Part shown: in pieces, positions 9,146 through 18,800 of the stretch
Numbering within the stretch: the stretch's first letter is position 1
Layout of the letters: every line of letters begins with the position of its first letter
Assembly (NCBI GenBank): GCA_963765125.1
Contig: CAVXUZ010000004.1
Coordinates: forward strand, 128,792-192,791
Source of the DNA: an uncultured candidate division WWE3 bacterium
GTDB lineage: Bacteria; Patescibacteriota; WWE3; UBA101185; UBA10185
Direction of reading: 5' to 3'
Length of the DNA: 64,000 nucleotides
The notes under the pieces: model-generated
Told to the model about the DNA's origin: nothing
The model's input: the letters and a program-made list of their open reading frames with translations, nothing else
Databases searched by the model: none
Translations under genes and position numbers: made by a program

Positions 9146-10699
9146 TTATCTAACTTTGGGCGTGTGATACAAATCCTTCATCTTTTTGCCAAACATCATT
9201 CTTGTTTGGGCGTCGATAAATGGAAAAAATGAGAAGGTAAGCAGGTTAACCATAATTGCGATTGCTTCAAAATTCATAATAACCTTTTTTATGAGTGGCC
9301 ACTCTTTTGGCATTGGAGGAGTCAACTTTGCTCTGTAGTAAGTCGGCGGAATGAGTAATATGAGTGTCAGGGTTAGAATAAAGCTCATCGTATCGGGTAG
9401 GCTGTATGCAAAACTACTTTGTTTAATAGATGGATTAACAAGAGTTAAAATAGCAAATCCAAAAGTTATTAGGTAAACCATGTTAAACATAATGATTCTT
9501 GTTTTTAAATGCGCGTAAATCCAAACTATTTTTTTAGAAAAAGCAATTTTTTTATTTTTTATAAATATTTTGAACGATAATGGAACAGAAATTGCGCCCC
9601 AACCCCATCTAAATAGCTGCTTATACAAACTTTTGTGCGAGTGTATAAAATCTTTTCCTTCAACAGCGTCTGCTGAGTAAGGTATGTAGTGCCCTGCAAT
9701 TTTAAAATTACCATCGCGAATATAAAAAGCTCTCCAGTAAAAAATGGTGTCGTCTACGCCAAGCTGTACATCCCAATAATCAATATCTATTAAAGTCTGT
9801 AAAGAGCTTGAATACGCAGCAAATGTATCTTTGGCCAATGAGCTTAACCCCCAAGGAATACTCCTCGTTGAAAGAATTCCTAAGGTTACAAAATTGGCCT
9901 CAATTCTTGCCATTGATTGAACACGCCAGTGATTGTTGTTAAAAAGACAAACTGCTGTTTGATAAAAGTGGTTATCACGACCATCGGTGGTTAAATATAA
10001 ATGTGTAAGCCTCGCCACATACTGTCTGTCTAAAATATGGTCTGCATCAAATGACGAAAAAATATAATTTCTCAAATCTCTACCAACTTCCTTCATATGT
10101 GCAATTGCGTGCTTTGCACCCCATGTTCTGTTTGCGCCTCCCACACCAATTGCTTCACCTATTATTCCTGCTGGGTGAACGTAATATAAAATCTCTTCAA
10201 AATTTTCTCTCTCTGCGTTTACCACTTTATCTAGATTCTCGATTGTTTCTTTTGAATATTTCTCTTCAATTGTAAAAACCAACGTCATAGATTTTGTGGG
10301 ATACGTTTGATCTGTAAAAGATTTAAAAGTGTCTCTCAATATGTCGTACGGTTCGTTCACAACAGGAATTAAAATCATGTGTCTAACGTCTTCTAGTGAG
10401 TTTGGAAGCGTGGCCTTGTCTGGGAGATCTTCAAAATTTAACGCATGACACTGCGCTGCCCAATCCTCAGCCATTTCATTTTTATATCTTGGGTAACCTA
10501 TTGCTAAACCTATGGTATTCATAAGCGCAAGATACGACCAATACATCGTAATAAAAGTCAAAAAGTAAACCATCGCCTGTGGGTACAGAAATCCCAACCA
10601 AATTGGCGATAAGATTGTTATCCACATCAATAGCCCCGGCAGTATTTCGAACAGGCGCTGTATTAACTTGTCGTGCTTCTCAAGCTCAATTGTTGTCAT
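9146..10699 (-). CDS. Family 2 glycosyltransferase, processive (cellulose-synthase-like) type
   Basis: It has N- and C-terminal TM segments, a DxD motif (FDADHILD) and a QxxRW motif (QLFRWGWG). Confidence 0.7.
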   Translation of the reverse strand: MTTIELEKHDKLIQRLFEILPGLLMWITILSPIWLGFLYPQAMVYFLTFITMYWSYLALMNTIGLAIGYPRYKNEMAEDWAAQCHALNFEDLPDKATLPNSLEDVRHMILIPVVNEPYDILRDTFKSFTDQTYPTKSMTLVFTIEEKYSKETIENLDKVVNAERENFEEILYYVHPAGIIGEAIGVGGANRTWGAKHAIAHMKEVGRDLRNYIFSSFDADHILDRQYVARLTHLYLTTDGRDNHFYQTAVCLFNNNHWRVQSMARIEANFVTLGILSTRSIPWGLSSLAKDTFAAYSSSLQTLIDIDYWDVQLGVDDTIFYWRAFYIRDGNFKIAGHYIPYSADAVEGKDFIHSHKSLYKQLFRWGWGAISVPLSFKIFIKNKKIAFSKKIVWIYAHLKTRIIMFNMVYLITFGFAILTLVNPSIKQSSFAYSLPDTMSFILTLTLILLIPPTYYRAKLTPPMPKEWPLIKKVIMNFEAIAIMVNLLTFSFFPFIDAQTRMMFGKKMKDLYHTPKVR

Positions 10700-11490
10700 A
10701 TGTTTAATTTAAAAAGTCTGCAGGTATTTCTGAAGGTTTCGTCAGAAACCTCCCTAAACGATGTTTTTCTTATCTCTGCAACCTTTTCGGCTGTTATTTT
10801 AACATATTTTGGATAATTTACTTCGCCGCGGCGCCCTTGGGGTGGTAGATAGGGAGCGTCTGTTTCTACCAGATATCTATCTGCTGGTACATTTTGCACA
10901 ACCTCATACAAATCTTTTGAGGCAGACGGGTAGGTAATTATCGCGGTAAACGAAATGTAAAAACCTAGTTCTATAAATTTCTTAGCGGTCTGCCAATCTG
11001 ACGTATAACAATGAACGACTCCGAAAAGTTTTTCTGTTTTATATTTTTCTAAAATCTTTAATATTAATTCGTCACCGTTTCTGTTGTGAATAATTACTGG
11101 CAATTCGTTTTCTGCTGCAAAACCTAATTGTAATTTAAAAAGCTCAACCTGCTCTTCTACACTTCTTTTTTCATAGTCTGAATTTTCGGTAATGTCGATT
11201 CCACACTCTCCTACCGCAACGATTCTATTTTTATATTTTTTATACTGCTCCTGGAGATTTTTATAAATATTTTCTAACGGCATTTTTATGTTTTCGTGGG
11301 GGTACACACCGATGGAAGCAAATATATTATTGTATTTTTGAATTGTTCTTAGGGTTTCTTCGTTTTCTTCTATAGAAGTACTTATCGCAACCAAATGTGT
11401 AACACCTTCTTCTACGGCTTCTTTAACTACTAAATCTAAATCTTTTTCGTATCTATTATCGGGAATATGACAATGCGAATCGATTAACAT
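10696..11490 (-). CDS. tatD: TatD-family metal-dependent hydrolase/DNase
   Basis: The N-terminus is MLIDSHCHIPD, the typical TatD start, and the protein is 264 aa. Confidence 0.8.
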   Translation of the reverse strand: MLIDSHCHIPDNRYEKDLDLVVKEAVEEGVTHLVAISTSIEENEETLRTIQKYNNIFASIGVYPHENIKMPLENIYKNLQEQYKKYKNRIVAVGECGIDITENSDYEKRSVEEQVELFKLQLGFAAENELPVIIHNRNGDELILKILEKYKTEKLFGVVHCYTSDWQTAKKFIELGFYISFTAIITYPSASKDLYEVVQNVPADRYLVETDAPYLPPQGRRGEVNYPKYVKITAEKVAEIRKTSFREVSDETFRNTCRLFKLNI

Positions 11491-11524
11491 ATGCTTTTTA
11501 TAATTCTAGCAGGTTTGGTTGCTA

Positions 11525-12943
11525 TTACAGCCTAGGAAACATACTTTCTGGGGATTTTACTTTTCCTGATTCGAAGACTTTTAGTATTGTTTCAGCTGCA
11601 TTTGGAATAAAAGGTTGGAGTTGGAAAGCAATATTTTTTAGTGAATTAATTTGCTCAGTTAGTACTGCGCGTAATTCTTCTCTGTCTTCAATTTTCCATG
11701 GTTCTTTTTCGTTAATGTTTTTATCTAAATCTGCGAGTGTTTTAAAAATATTACTTAGTACTTTATCAACCCTAAAGTCCTCAATGGGTTTAAAAAGTTC
11801 GTCATCTATTTCAAACAGGTTAGCAAATTTAAAATCTAACTTTGAGCGCTCAGCAAGTTTTGCGAGTCTTGCAACCGTGTTACCTAACCCGCTTGCAAGT
11901 TCTCCGTTATAAACTTCTTCGAGTTGCTGAATCGATAGATCGGCATCTTCTACAATTGGGCCGTTTCTTAATAAATAGTATCTAACAGCATCTACACCAT
12001 AAGTCTCAACAAGTTCTTTAGGTCTTATAACATTGCCTAATGATTTACTAATTTTTTGTCCACCAAGATTTATAAAACCGTGAATATAAATTTTATCTGG
12101 TAAACGATAGCCTGCGCTCTTTAGCATCGCTGGCCAGAGAAGCGCGTGCCATCGAGAAATGTCTTTACCAACAAAATGTGTAATTTCAGTTTTGTCATCC
12201 CAAAACCCTTTAGCTAAGCCTTCGGTAAGATAATTTATAAGAGCGTCAAACCAGACATAAATCACTTGCTCAGAATCATTTGGTGCAGTAATTCCCCAAG
12301 ACACTTTATATTTTGGACGTGTCACCGTAACGTCTTTAAGACCCTGCTCTATAAAAGCGAGCATCTCTGTTCTTTTACTAAGCGGTCTCACTAAAAGTTT
12401 ATCGGTTTCAATTAATTCTTTAAGAAAATCAGAATACTTTGAAAGTTTGAAAAAATAATTTTCTTCGTCGAGTTCCTGAATTTGTCTATTTTTATGGTTT
12501 GGGCATTGTTTGTTTTCGTCTAATTCAGAAAGTGTTTTGGTTGATTCACATCCTTCGCAATAGTAACCTTTGTAGGAAGCTTTATAAATGTCCCCGGCCT
12601 CAAAAGACTTTTTAAAAAACTCAGAAGAAAACTTTACGTGATCTTCGTCTGTCGTTCTAATAAATCTTTGGTAAGAGATGTTTAATGTGTCTATCTGCTC
12701 TTGGTCAGCTTTTGAAATTTCTGTAACGTGCTCCAACGGTGTAAGCCCGCGCCTCTGTGCTGCTTTTTCATTTGTAGTGCCGTGTTCATCAGTACCAATG
12801 GTCAGGTAAACATGGGCATCATCTTTCTTTAACCTCTCATATCTAGCGACTGCGTCGGCGAGTACTTTCTCATAGGCGTGGCCAACGTGTACTACGTCGT
12901 TTGCGTAATCTATTGCGGTTGTAATAAATACTTTGTTTTTCAT
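11525..12943 (-). CDS. metG: Methionyl-tRNA synthetase
   Basis: HIGH-region HVGHAYEKVLADAVARY, a zinc knuckle CEGCES...CPNHK and KMSKS-region KISKSLGNVI are all present. Confidence 0.9.
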   Translation of the reverse strand: MKNKVFITTAIDYANDVVHVGHAYEKVLADAVARYERLKKDDAHVYLTIGTDEHGTTNEKAAQRRGLTPLEHVTEISKADQEQIDTLNISYQRFIRTTDEDHVKFSSEFFKKSFEAGDIYKASYKGYYCEGCESTKTLSELDENKQCPNHKNRQIQELDEENYFFKLSKYSDFLKELIETDKLLVRPLSKRTEMLAFIEQGLKDVTVTRPKYKVSWGITAPNDSEQVIYVWFDALINYLTEGLAKGFWDDKTEITHFVGKDISRWHALLWPAMLKSAGYRLPDKIYIHGFINLGGQKISKSLGNVIRPKELVETYGVDAVRYYLLRNGPIVEDADLSIQQLEEVYNGELASGLGNTVARLAKLAERSKLDFKFANLFEIDDELFKPIEDFRVDKVLSNIFKTLADLDKNINEKEPWKIEDREELRAVLTEQINSLKNIAFQLQPFIPNAAETILKVFESGKVKSPESMFPRL

Positions 12944-13004
12944 CTCATTAAGTCTACTAAAAAATTGCTAGGGAAACAAAAATACACCATTACCACACCA
13001 AATA

Positions 13005-13367
13005 CTAGCGCCTGAGCCTCAATTGAAAATATAAAAGAATATAGAAAATCAGAAACAATGCAATATTTGCAATGTGGTCTAATTTGAAAGTTCGTAACAT
13101 CATCAAAAAAACTAAACCAAAAGATAAATATGCCGACCAGCGCAAACTTTTTCTGTAGACTTGGCGAAGATTACTAAACGTCGGTGCTTTGTAATGAAAA
13201 TAAAAATACAAAGGAATAGATGCTGTAGCTAGAACAGCAAAAAAAATTAACAACAAAAATATAAAAATGCTTAAAAAGGTTGAGGGTTTTGAGTAGAAAA
13301 TATATTTGTAAGCACTTAACCACAATAATAAGCTAACAATAACTGTCGTATACAAAAACTTGGGCAT
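13005..13367 (-). CDS. Small hypothetical membrane protein
   Basis: The 120-aa ORF is very hydrophobic. Confidence 0.4.
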   Translation of the reverse strand: MPKFLYTTVIVSLLLWLSAYKYIFYSKPSTFLSIFIFLLLIFFAVLATASIPLYFYFHYKAPTFSNLRQVYRKSLRWSAYLSFGLVFLMMLRTFKLDHIANIALFLIFYILLYFQLRLRR

Positions 13368-13411
13368 ATGTTGATTTTAGCACTTAAAAGACCCAAACGT
13401 TGGTAGCACTA

Positions 13412-13440
13412 TTGACCGCGTATGGTAGTCGTTATACTAT
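13412..13440 (+). promoter_or_regulatory. Sigma70-like promoter of sORF module 1 (TTGACC, about 17 nt, TACTAT)
   Basis: The -35 TTGACC lies at 13412-13417 and a -10-like TATACT/TACTAT at 13433-13440. The element is repeated at 13999. Confidence 0.5.
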
Positions 13441-13505
13441 TGGAGCAACCGGAGATTTTGACACCGTACTCGATTTTCACTGTTTTAAAGCCTAGCGGAG
13501 GGCCT

Positions 13506-13541
13506 ATGGGACACTTTGAGGTTTTGACCAAAAAGCTTTGA
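13506..13541 (+). CDS. sORF1, 11 aa (MGHFEVLTKKL)
   Basis: GGAGGG lies 4 nt upstream of the ATG. The conserved leader ACTGTTTTAAAGCCTA..GGAGGGCCTATG is shared with sORF4. Confidence 0.35.
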   Translation: MGHFEVLTKKL

Positions 13542-13601
13542 TCGGGATTGAGTTGCTGACTGGTGAAACGGTGTTTTTCGTAAACTTAAGGAGATGAGCC
13601 T

Positions 13602-13676
13602 ATGAAAAGATTTAAAAAGTTTGTGGGCACCATGGGCAAATTAGCCAGCCCAATTACTGGTTCTGACGTCGGATAA
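13602..13676 (+). CDS. sORF2, 24 aa (MKRFKKFVGTMGKLASPITGSDVG)
   Basis: AAGGAG lies 8 nt upstream of the ATG. A 33-nt RBS/start block (AACTTAAGGAGATGAGCCTATGAAA.GATTTA) is duplicated at sORF3. Confidence 0.45.
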   Translation: MKRFKKFVGTMGKLASPITGSDVG

Positions 13677-13776
13677 GACAAGCTCGAGCTTAATGGACGA
13701 TCAGAGTCTAGTTGACAGGGTTTTAAGGGAAGTAATCGTATAAAAGGCGAACTTTAAAACTTAAGGAGATGAGCCT

Positions 13777-13854
13777 ATGAAACGATTTAGTTATGCTTTG
13801 TTTTCTAAATGTGAAGTGACAGTCGAAGATCACGGCCCGGTAACCATCGGATGA
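13777..13854 (+). CDS. sORF3, 25 aa (MKRFSYALFSKCEVTVEDHGPVTIG), paralogue of sORF2
   Basis: It has the same SD/start block and MKRF N-terminus as sORF2, then diverges. This pattern suggests a coding duplication. Confidence 0.45.
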   Translation: MKRFSYALFSKCEVTVEDHGPVTIG

Positions 13855-13898
13855 ACATCCTGTATTATGTTCGTTGGTAAGTTACCAGCCAAAACTAC

Positions 13899-13939
13899 GC
13901 AGGTGAGGTATATATAAAAAATACTTCGCCTGCTTTTTT
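13899..13939 (+). terminator. Rho-independent terminator closing sORF module 1
   Basis: A 12-bp stem GCAGGTGAGGTA/TACTTCGCCTGC with two G-U pairs and an 11-nt loop is followed by TTTTTT. Confidence 0.6.
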
Positions 13940-13998
13940 AATACCTAACTTGTGTAAACGTGAACTATTCCAGTTATTTTGTTATGCCGACAGTACTA

Positions 13999-14027
13999 TT
14001 GACCACACACAGTAGTCGTTATAATAT
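13999..14027 (+). promoter_or_regulatory. Sigma70-like promoter of sORF module 2 (TTGACC, 15-17 nt, TATAAT/TAATAT)
   Basis: It is a second copy of the ~100-nt promoter/leader repeat (ACTATTGACC...GTAGTCGTTATA.TATTG...CCGTAC...ACTGTTTTAAAGCCTA). Confidence 0.5.
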
Positions 14028-14095
14028 TGTTGTAATCGGCGCAGGTTAACCACCGTACCAGTTTTTTTACTGTTTTAAAGCCTAATGGAGGGCCT

Positions 14096-14137
14096 ATGAA
14101 ACAATCAGTAAAGTTAAATGGTGTGTCTTCAGGTTAA
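14096..14137 (+). CDS. sORF4, 13 aa (MKQSVKLNGVSSG)
   Basis: It has the same GGAGGGCCTATG start context as sORF1. A possible 27-aa ORF at 14211 without an SD follows in the same transcript. Confidence 0.35.
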   Translation: MKQSVKLNGVSSG

Positions 14138-14319
14138 TGCTCAGTGGAGCGAATGTTGCGTAGGAGTTGTACAAGTTGCCCGTGCCTGATCAACACCGTG
14201 CAACTGTAAGATGGAAGGCCGTGTTGTTTACCGACTGGGTGTGCAGACGATGAGAAATAGAGGTTTTTACACTGCATCATCCGACCGTGAGTAACCAATA
14301 GCTAACCATAATTGTTTTA

Positions 14320-14364
14320 CCGGTGAGGTACAGATGGATAACAGTACTTCACCGGCAATTTTTT
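14320..14364 (+). terminator. Rho-independent terminator closing sORF module 2
   Basis: A stem CCGGTGAGGTAC/GTACTTCACCGG with one G-U pair and a 12-nt loop is followed by CAATTTTTT. The stem sequence is related to the module-1 terminator (GGTGAGGTA...TACTTC.CC). Confidence 0.6.
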
Positions 14365-14398
14365 ACCTCAAACTATAAATATCTGCTAAAATCTCATC

Positions 14399-15511
14399 AT
14401 GCTAACATTCCAAACCTTAGTTCTTATTGCACTACTTGTTGCCGGCGCAGCCGGAATCATCATTTATGCCTTTTCTAAACAAATGAATAAGCTCAAAGTG
14501 GATATCCAAAATGATGAGGAAGACAAAGTATTGATGGAGTGGTTAAAGGACATGAAGGGCTCGGTTGAAAAAAATTCAACGGTCTTAGATAGCAAGCTCA
14601 CCGATCAAAATAAAACACTGCAGGAGCAACTCGAGGCACAAAGAAAAGCTGTCGCAGACCAAACAAAACTTATTTGGGAAAGATTAGAGTACTCGTCAAA
14701 AGTTATTCAAGAGGTACACAGAGAACTTGGTGGAATTACAGAGTTTGGAAAAGATATGAAGGACCTTAGTAACATTTTAAAATCTCCAAAATTACGTGGG
14801 GGTTTAGGCGAACAGTTTTTATATGAAATTCTAGAAAATTCGCTACCAAAAGAGTTATTCAAAACACAATATAAGTTCAAAGATGGAAGTATATGCGACG
14901 CAGTAGTTAAAACAGATAAAGGTTTGATTGCGATTGATTCAAAATTTCCAATGGAAAATTTTAAAGAGATGGTGACACGAGATTCGCAAGAGGAACGCGA
15001 TCAGTACAAAAAGTTATTTATGCGCGATGTTAAAAAAAGAATTGATGAAATTTCATCAAAATATATTTTGCAAGAAGAGGGTACTACGGACTTTGCCGTT
15101 ATGTATGTTCCTTCAGAAAATATTTATTACGAGCTGATAGTAAACTCTGCTGAAATTGAGGACTACTCGCGAAATAAAAAAGTATTTATCACATCACCAA
15201 ACACACTTACCTACCAAATGAGAGCAATTTTAGTTGCTTACCAACAAAGCGAACTACAAAAACACGCGGGAGAAATTTTGAAAGCTTTGTCAGGAATAAA
15301 AAATGAAGCGGGAAAATTTAATGAAGACCTAGATCTTTTAGGTGGGCATGTATTAAGAACGTATAAGGCGATGGACGGTGTAAAACTGAAATTTACAAAA
15401 CTATTTGGAAAGATAGAAAGCGCACAAGCGTTAGGAGCACCGCATGAAGAAGATCACCCCAAACTTGCGGACGAAACAGTCGAAGAGTCTATTCAAGATT
15501 TAGAACAGTAA
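14399..15511 (+). CDS. rmuC: DNA recombination protein RmuC
   Basis: It has an N-terminal TM helix, a long coiled-coil and a conserved RmuC core (DFAVMYVPSENIYYELI). Confidence 0.7.
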   Translation: MLTFQTLVLIALLVAGAAGIIIYAFSKQMNKLKVDIQNDEEDKVLMEWLKDMKGSVEKNSTVLDSKLTDQNKTLQEQLEAQRKAVADQTKLIWERLEYSSKVIQEVHRELGGITEFGKDMKDLSNILKSPKLRGGLGEQFLYEILENSLPKELFKTQYKFKDGSICDAVVKTDKGLIAIDSKFPMENFKEMVTRDSQEERDQYKKLFMRDVKKRIDEISSKYILQEEGTTDFAVMYVPSENIYYELIVNSAEIEDYSRNKKVFITSPNTLTYQMRAILVAYQQSELQKHAGEILKALSGIKNEAGKFNEDLDLLGGHVLRTYKAMDGVKLKFTKLFGKIESAQALGAPHEEDHPKLADETVEESIQDLEQ

Positions 15512-15541
15512 ATAAGCCTACTATAAGTTTAGAAAAATAAA

Positions 15542-15570
15542 AAGCTCCATTTTTGTTTTAAATGGAGCTT
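15542..15570 (-). terminator. Perfect 11-bp hairpin AAGCTCCATTT-TTGTTTT-AAATGGAGCTT between convergent rmuC and the small minus-strand gene; the U-tract is on the minus-strand side
   Basis: The inverted repeat was read directly from the sequence. The plus-strand sequence GAAAAATAA precedes it, which is a U-tract for the minus transcript. Confidence 0.6.
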
Positions 15571-15580
15571 CTACGTATTA

Positions 15581-15805
15581 TTACCTGTTTACTATTGGCC
15601 TTTTGTATACAGTCTCGAAAAAGGCAACAATCACGGCAATACCAAAAATAGCCACCAGCACAAGCGGTATGTTTTTGTAGACCCAAACTAAGCCAGCGAC
15701 GGTAGCTGCAAAAATTGCAACCCAAAACAACACAATAAATATTTTTTCTATCACGGCCTCTCCTTTATGGATTTGTAAGTGGAGATAGCACAAAAAGCAC
15801 CACAC
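15581..15805 (-). CDS. Small two-TM membrane protein
   Basis: The 74-aa ORF has two hydrophobic helices. Confidence 0.4.
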   Translation of the reverse strand: MWCFLCYLHLQIHKGEAVIEKIFIVLFWVAIFAATVAGLVWVYKNIPLVLVAIFGIAVIVAFFETVYKRPIVNR

Positions 15806-15856
15806 AAACTAGCTCCACTATTAATACGAGGATGAGCACAAGCTCTGTTAATCCTC

Positions 15857-18800
15857 TTGATTTTACTTGTCTCTCTCCCATTTTTTCTCCTAATATATGA
15901 AGGTTTTTGGTTTTTCTATCGCGCAGTCAGGCTCATAAACACAATGGATATGAGCGCTACAATAAGCGCTATTCTTACTGCCATTCCTAGCAGTTTTCTT
16001 GCGTTTTTCTTGAAAGTACTCATTTTTTCTCCTCTTTTTTGTTCTATAGGTTGTGGTAATATTATACCTGAACTCATTTTTATGCAAATTAACGAAGAGC
16101 AGAAAAAAGCAATAGAACATAAAAACGGCCCGCTTCTGGTGGTAGCCGGAGCAGGAACTGGCAAAACTCGCGTAATTACAGAGCGTATAAAATGGCTTAT
16201 TGACAATAAAAAAGCCAACCCGCAGGAAATTCTAGCGCTAACCTTTACCGATAAGGCGGCAAATGAGATGTCGGACAGGATTGACGACGTAATGCCTATA
16301 GGCTACGAAGAGCCCTTCGTTAACACATTTCATGCATTTTCAGATAGAATCCTAAAAAAAGAGGGCCTAGAGATAGGCTTAGACCCATCTTATAAGGTTT
16401 TAGCAGGTCCGGAGCAGTGGCTCTTACTTAGAAAACATCTGTTTGATCTAGACATCAAATACTTCAGACCCCTTGGAAATCCAACTAAATTTATTTCGGC
16501 TATTTTAAAACTGGTCTCACGTCTTCAAGATGAGAATATTTCTGTTGGTGATTTTGAAAATTTTGTTGATAACTTTGAGGGTGGCGCGGAAGAAAAAGAT
16601 AGGTGGAGAGAGCTTGGGTATATTTACAAAAGATACCAAGAAATAAAAATTGAGAATTCAAAAATGGACTTTGGGGATTTAATTACTTGGACCATAAAAT
16701 TATTTTCTGAACGTCCAAACATTTTAAAGAAATATCAAACTCAATTTAAACACGTACTCGTGGATGAATTTCAAGATACAAACTATGCGCAGTATCAAAT
16801 GGTAAAAATGATTTGCCCTCAGGAGTTAGGAGAAAGAAGTTTGCTCGCGGTGGGTGACGATTCACAATCAATTTATAAATTTAGGGGTGCAGCAGTTTCT
16901 AACATTCTTGAGTTTATGAAGGATTATCCATCAGCACAAATGATTACCCTCATAAATAATTACAGATCAACACAAAAAATTCTAGATGCGGCATATAAAT
17001 TAATACAAAACAACAATCCAGACAGCCTTGAGTCAAAACTCGGTCTTTCTAAAAAATTAATTTCACAAAAAACAAAAGAGGAAGAAAAAATTAAGCCTGA
17101 AATACTGCAGGTCGCAACAATTGATGATGAGGTTGAATTAGTTATTTCTAAAATTTACGAGGTACTAGCAAAAGAGCCGACTTATACATACAAGGACATC
17201 GCTATTTTAGCCCGTGCTAATAACCATCTTGATGCGTTTGTTATGGCTTTACGAAAACACGGATTACCCTATCAGCTTGTCGGTAATAGAGGCCTTTACG
17301 ATCAAGATGAGATAAGAAACGTTGTTGGTTTACTAAAAATAATTGTTAACCCTAAAGACTCATCGAGTCTATATCGAGTACTTAATATAGAGGTTTTTAA
17401 TATTGATCAAAAATACATTGCGCAAATGCTCTCGCAGGCTAAACACAGAAAAGTAGATTTGTGGGAAGTATTAGAAACAACAAAAATAGTAGAGGTTGAG
17501 AATTTGAAGGATTTAATTTCAACGTATCAAAACGAAATCACTAAAAAATCGCCCGTTGAATTTATATACAGCCTAGTTCACGAGTCGGGCTATCTCAACA
17601 CGTATTTAGAGCACGAGTCTATCGAGAATAATCTAGCTATAAAGAATTTGGATCTCTTTTTAAATATTGTTAAAAGATTTGAAATTGAGTTTAGATCTGA
17701 TACAAAAAATATTCCAACCGTACTTGAGTTTTTAGACTATCTCGAGTTAGTAATCGATGCGGGTGATAATCCAGCCCAAGCCGAAATTGAGGATATAGAC
17801 ACTATCAACTTACTTACTGTCCATTCTGCAAAGGGTTTAGAATTTCCAGTTGTTTTTATGATAAATCTCGTTTCTGGTAGATTTCCCACAAACAACAGAG
17901 GTGATGCTTTGGAGATGCCCGAAGAACTCATTAAAGAGGCTCTACCAACTGGAGACGAACACGTTCAAGAAGAAAGACGACTGTTTTACGTCGGCATGAC
18001 GCGCGCTGAAAAGTATCTGTATCTTACACTGGCAAAAAACTATGGCGGAAAAACAGAAAAAAAGCCAAGCGGCTATTTAACAGAAACAGGTTTAAAAATT
18101 CAAGAAACAGAGGTTAAAGCTGCGCTCAAGAAAACTGAACAAAGAGGCTTATTTGGGGTTGATTCTGCGTTTAGAAATCCTCAATCAATTAAAACCGATT
18201 TTACACCGAGCTTTTTAAGTTACTCTCAAATTGAAACTTACAAAACATGCGCATTAAAGTATAAGTACAGTTACGTTTTAAATGTTCCGACTGCACCGGG
18301 GCACGCTTTAAGTTTTGGTACAACAATTCATGACACACTCAGAGACTTTCACCAGAAAAAATTATTTGGTGATGTTTCATACGATGAGATGCTAAATATG
18401 TACGAAAAAAATTGGCACCCTCTCGGATACCTAGATGAGAAACACCGACAACATAGATTTGAGGACGGAAAAGAATTACTCAAAGAGTATTACGAAAGAC
18501 ATAAAAACGATAAAAAACAACCTGAGGCTTTAGAAAAATCATTTAACTTAAAGGTTGGGGGAATAAAGTTTTTTGGAAGAATAGACCGTATCGACAAATT
18601 AGAAGGCGGCGTAGAAATTATCGACTATAAAACAGGTACTACAAAAACACAAAAAGAGGTAGACGAAGATGACCAGGTCGCGTTTTACGCAATCGCGGCA
18701 AAAGAAGCTCTCGGTATGGTGCCTGAAAAACTTACGTACTATTTTCTAGAGAGCGGTGAGAGAATTTCAACGTTTAGAACAGACGAGCAGCTAAAAGAAA

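Noticed and set aside
1850-10275. Antisense or embedded ORFs (e.g. 1850..2134-, 2248..2454-, 4051..4308+, 5130..5417-, 5821..6081+, 7900..8160+, 10051..10275+)
   Set aside because: Each lies wholly inside a longer ORF on the opposite strand or in another frame with clear homology. They have low-complexity or hydrophobic translations typical of antisense readthrough.
13407-14110. The two ~100-nt repeats as a CRISPR array or IS terminal repeats
   Set aside because: There are only two copies, about 590 nt apart, in direct orientation. They contain promoter and SD/ATG elements, with no cas genes, no transposase and no regular repeat-spacer periodicity.
13380-14400. A housekeeping ncRNA (tmRNA, RNase P RNA, 6S, SRP RNA) filling the large gap
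   Set aside because: No tRNA-like acceptor or T-arm 3' end, no Ala-rich tag ORF, and no RNase P (GGAAAGUCCGG-type) or SRP domain-IV motifs were recognisable. This cannot be excluded without a covariance-model search.
15857-16081. The N-terminal 75 codons of the helicase-nuclease ORF, and similarly the first ~80 codons of the UbiA ORF (6481-6724)
   Set aside because: The canonical family N-termini begin at internal Met residues (MQINEEQKK; MIGTLYQILRTARPRQWVKN). The upstream extensions are hydrophobic or low-complexity and are likely untranslated.
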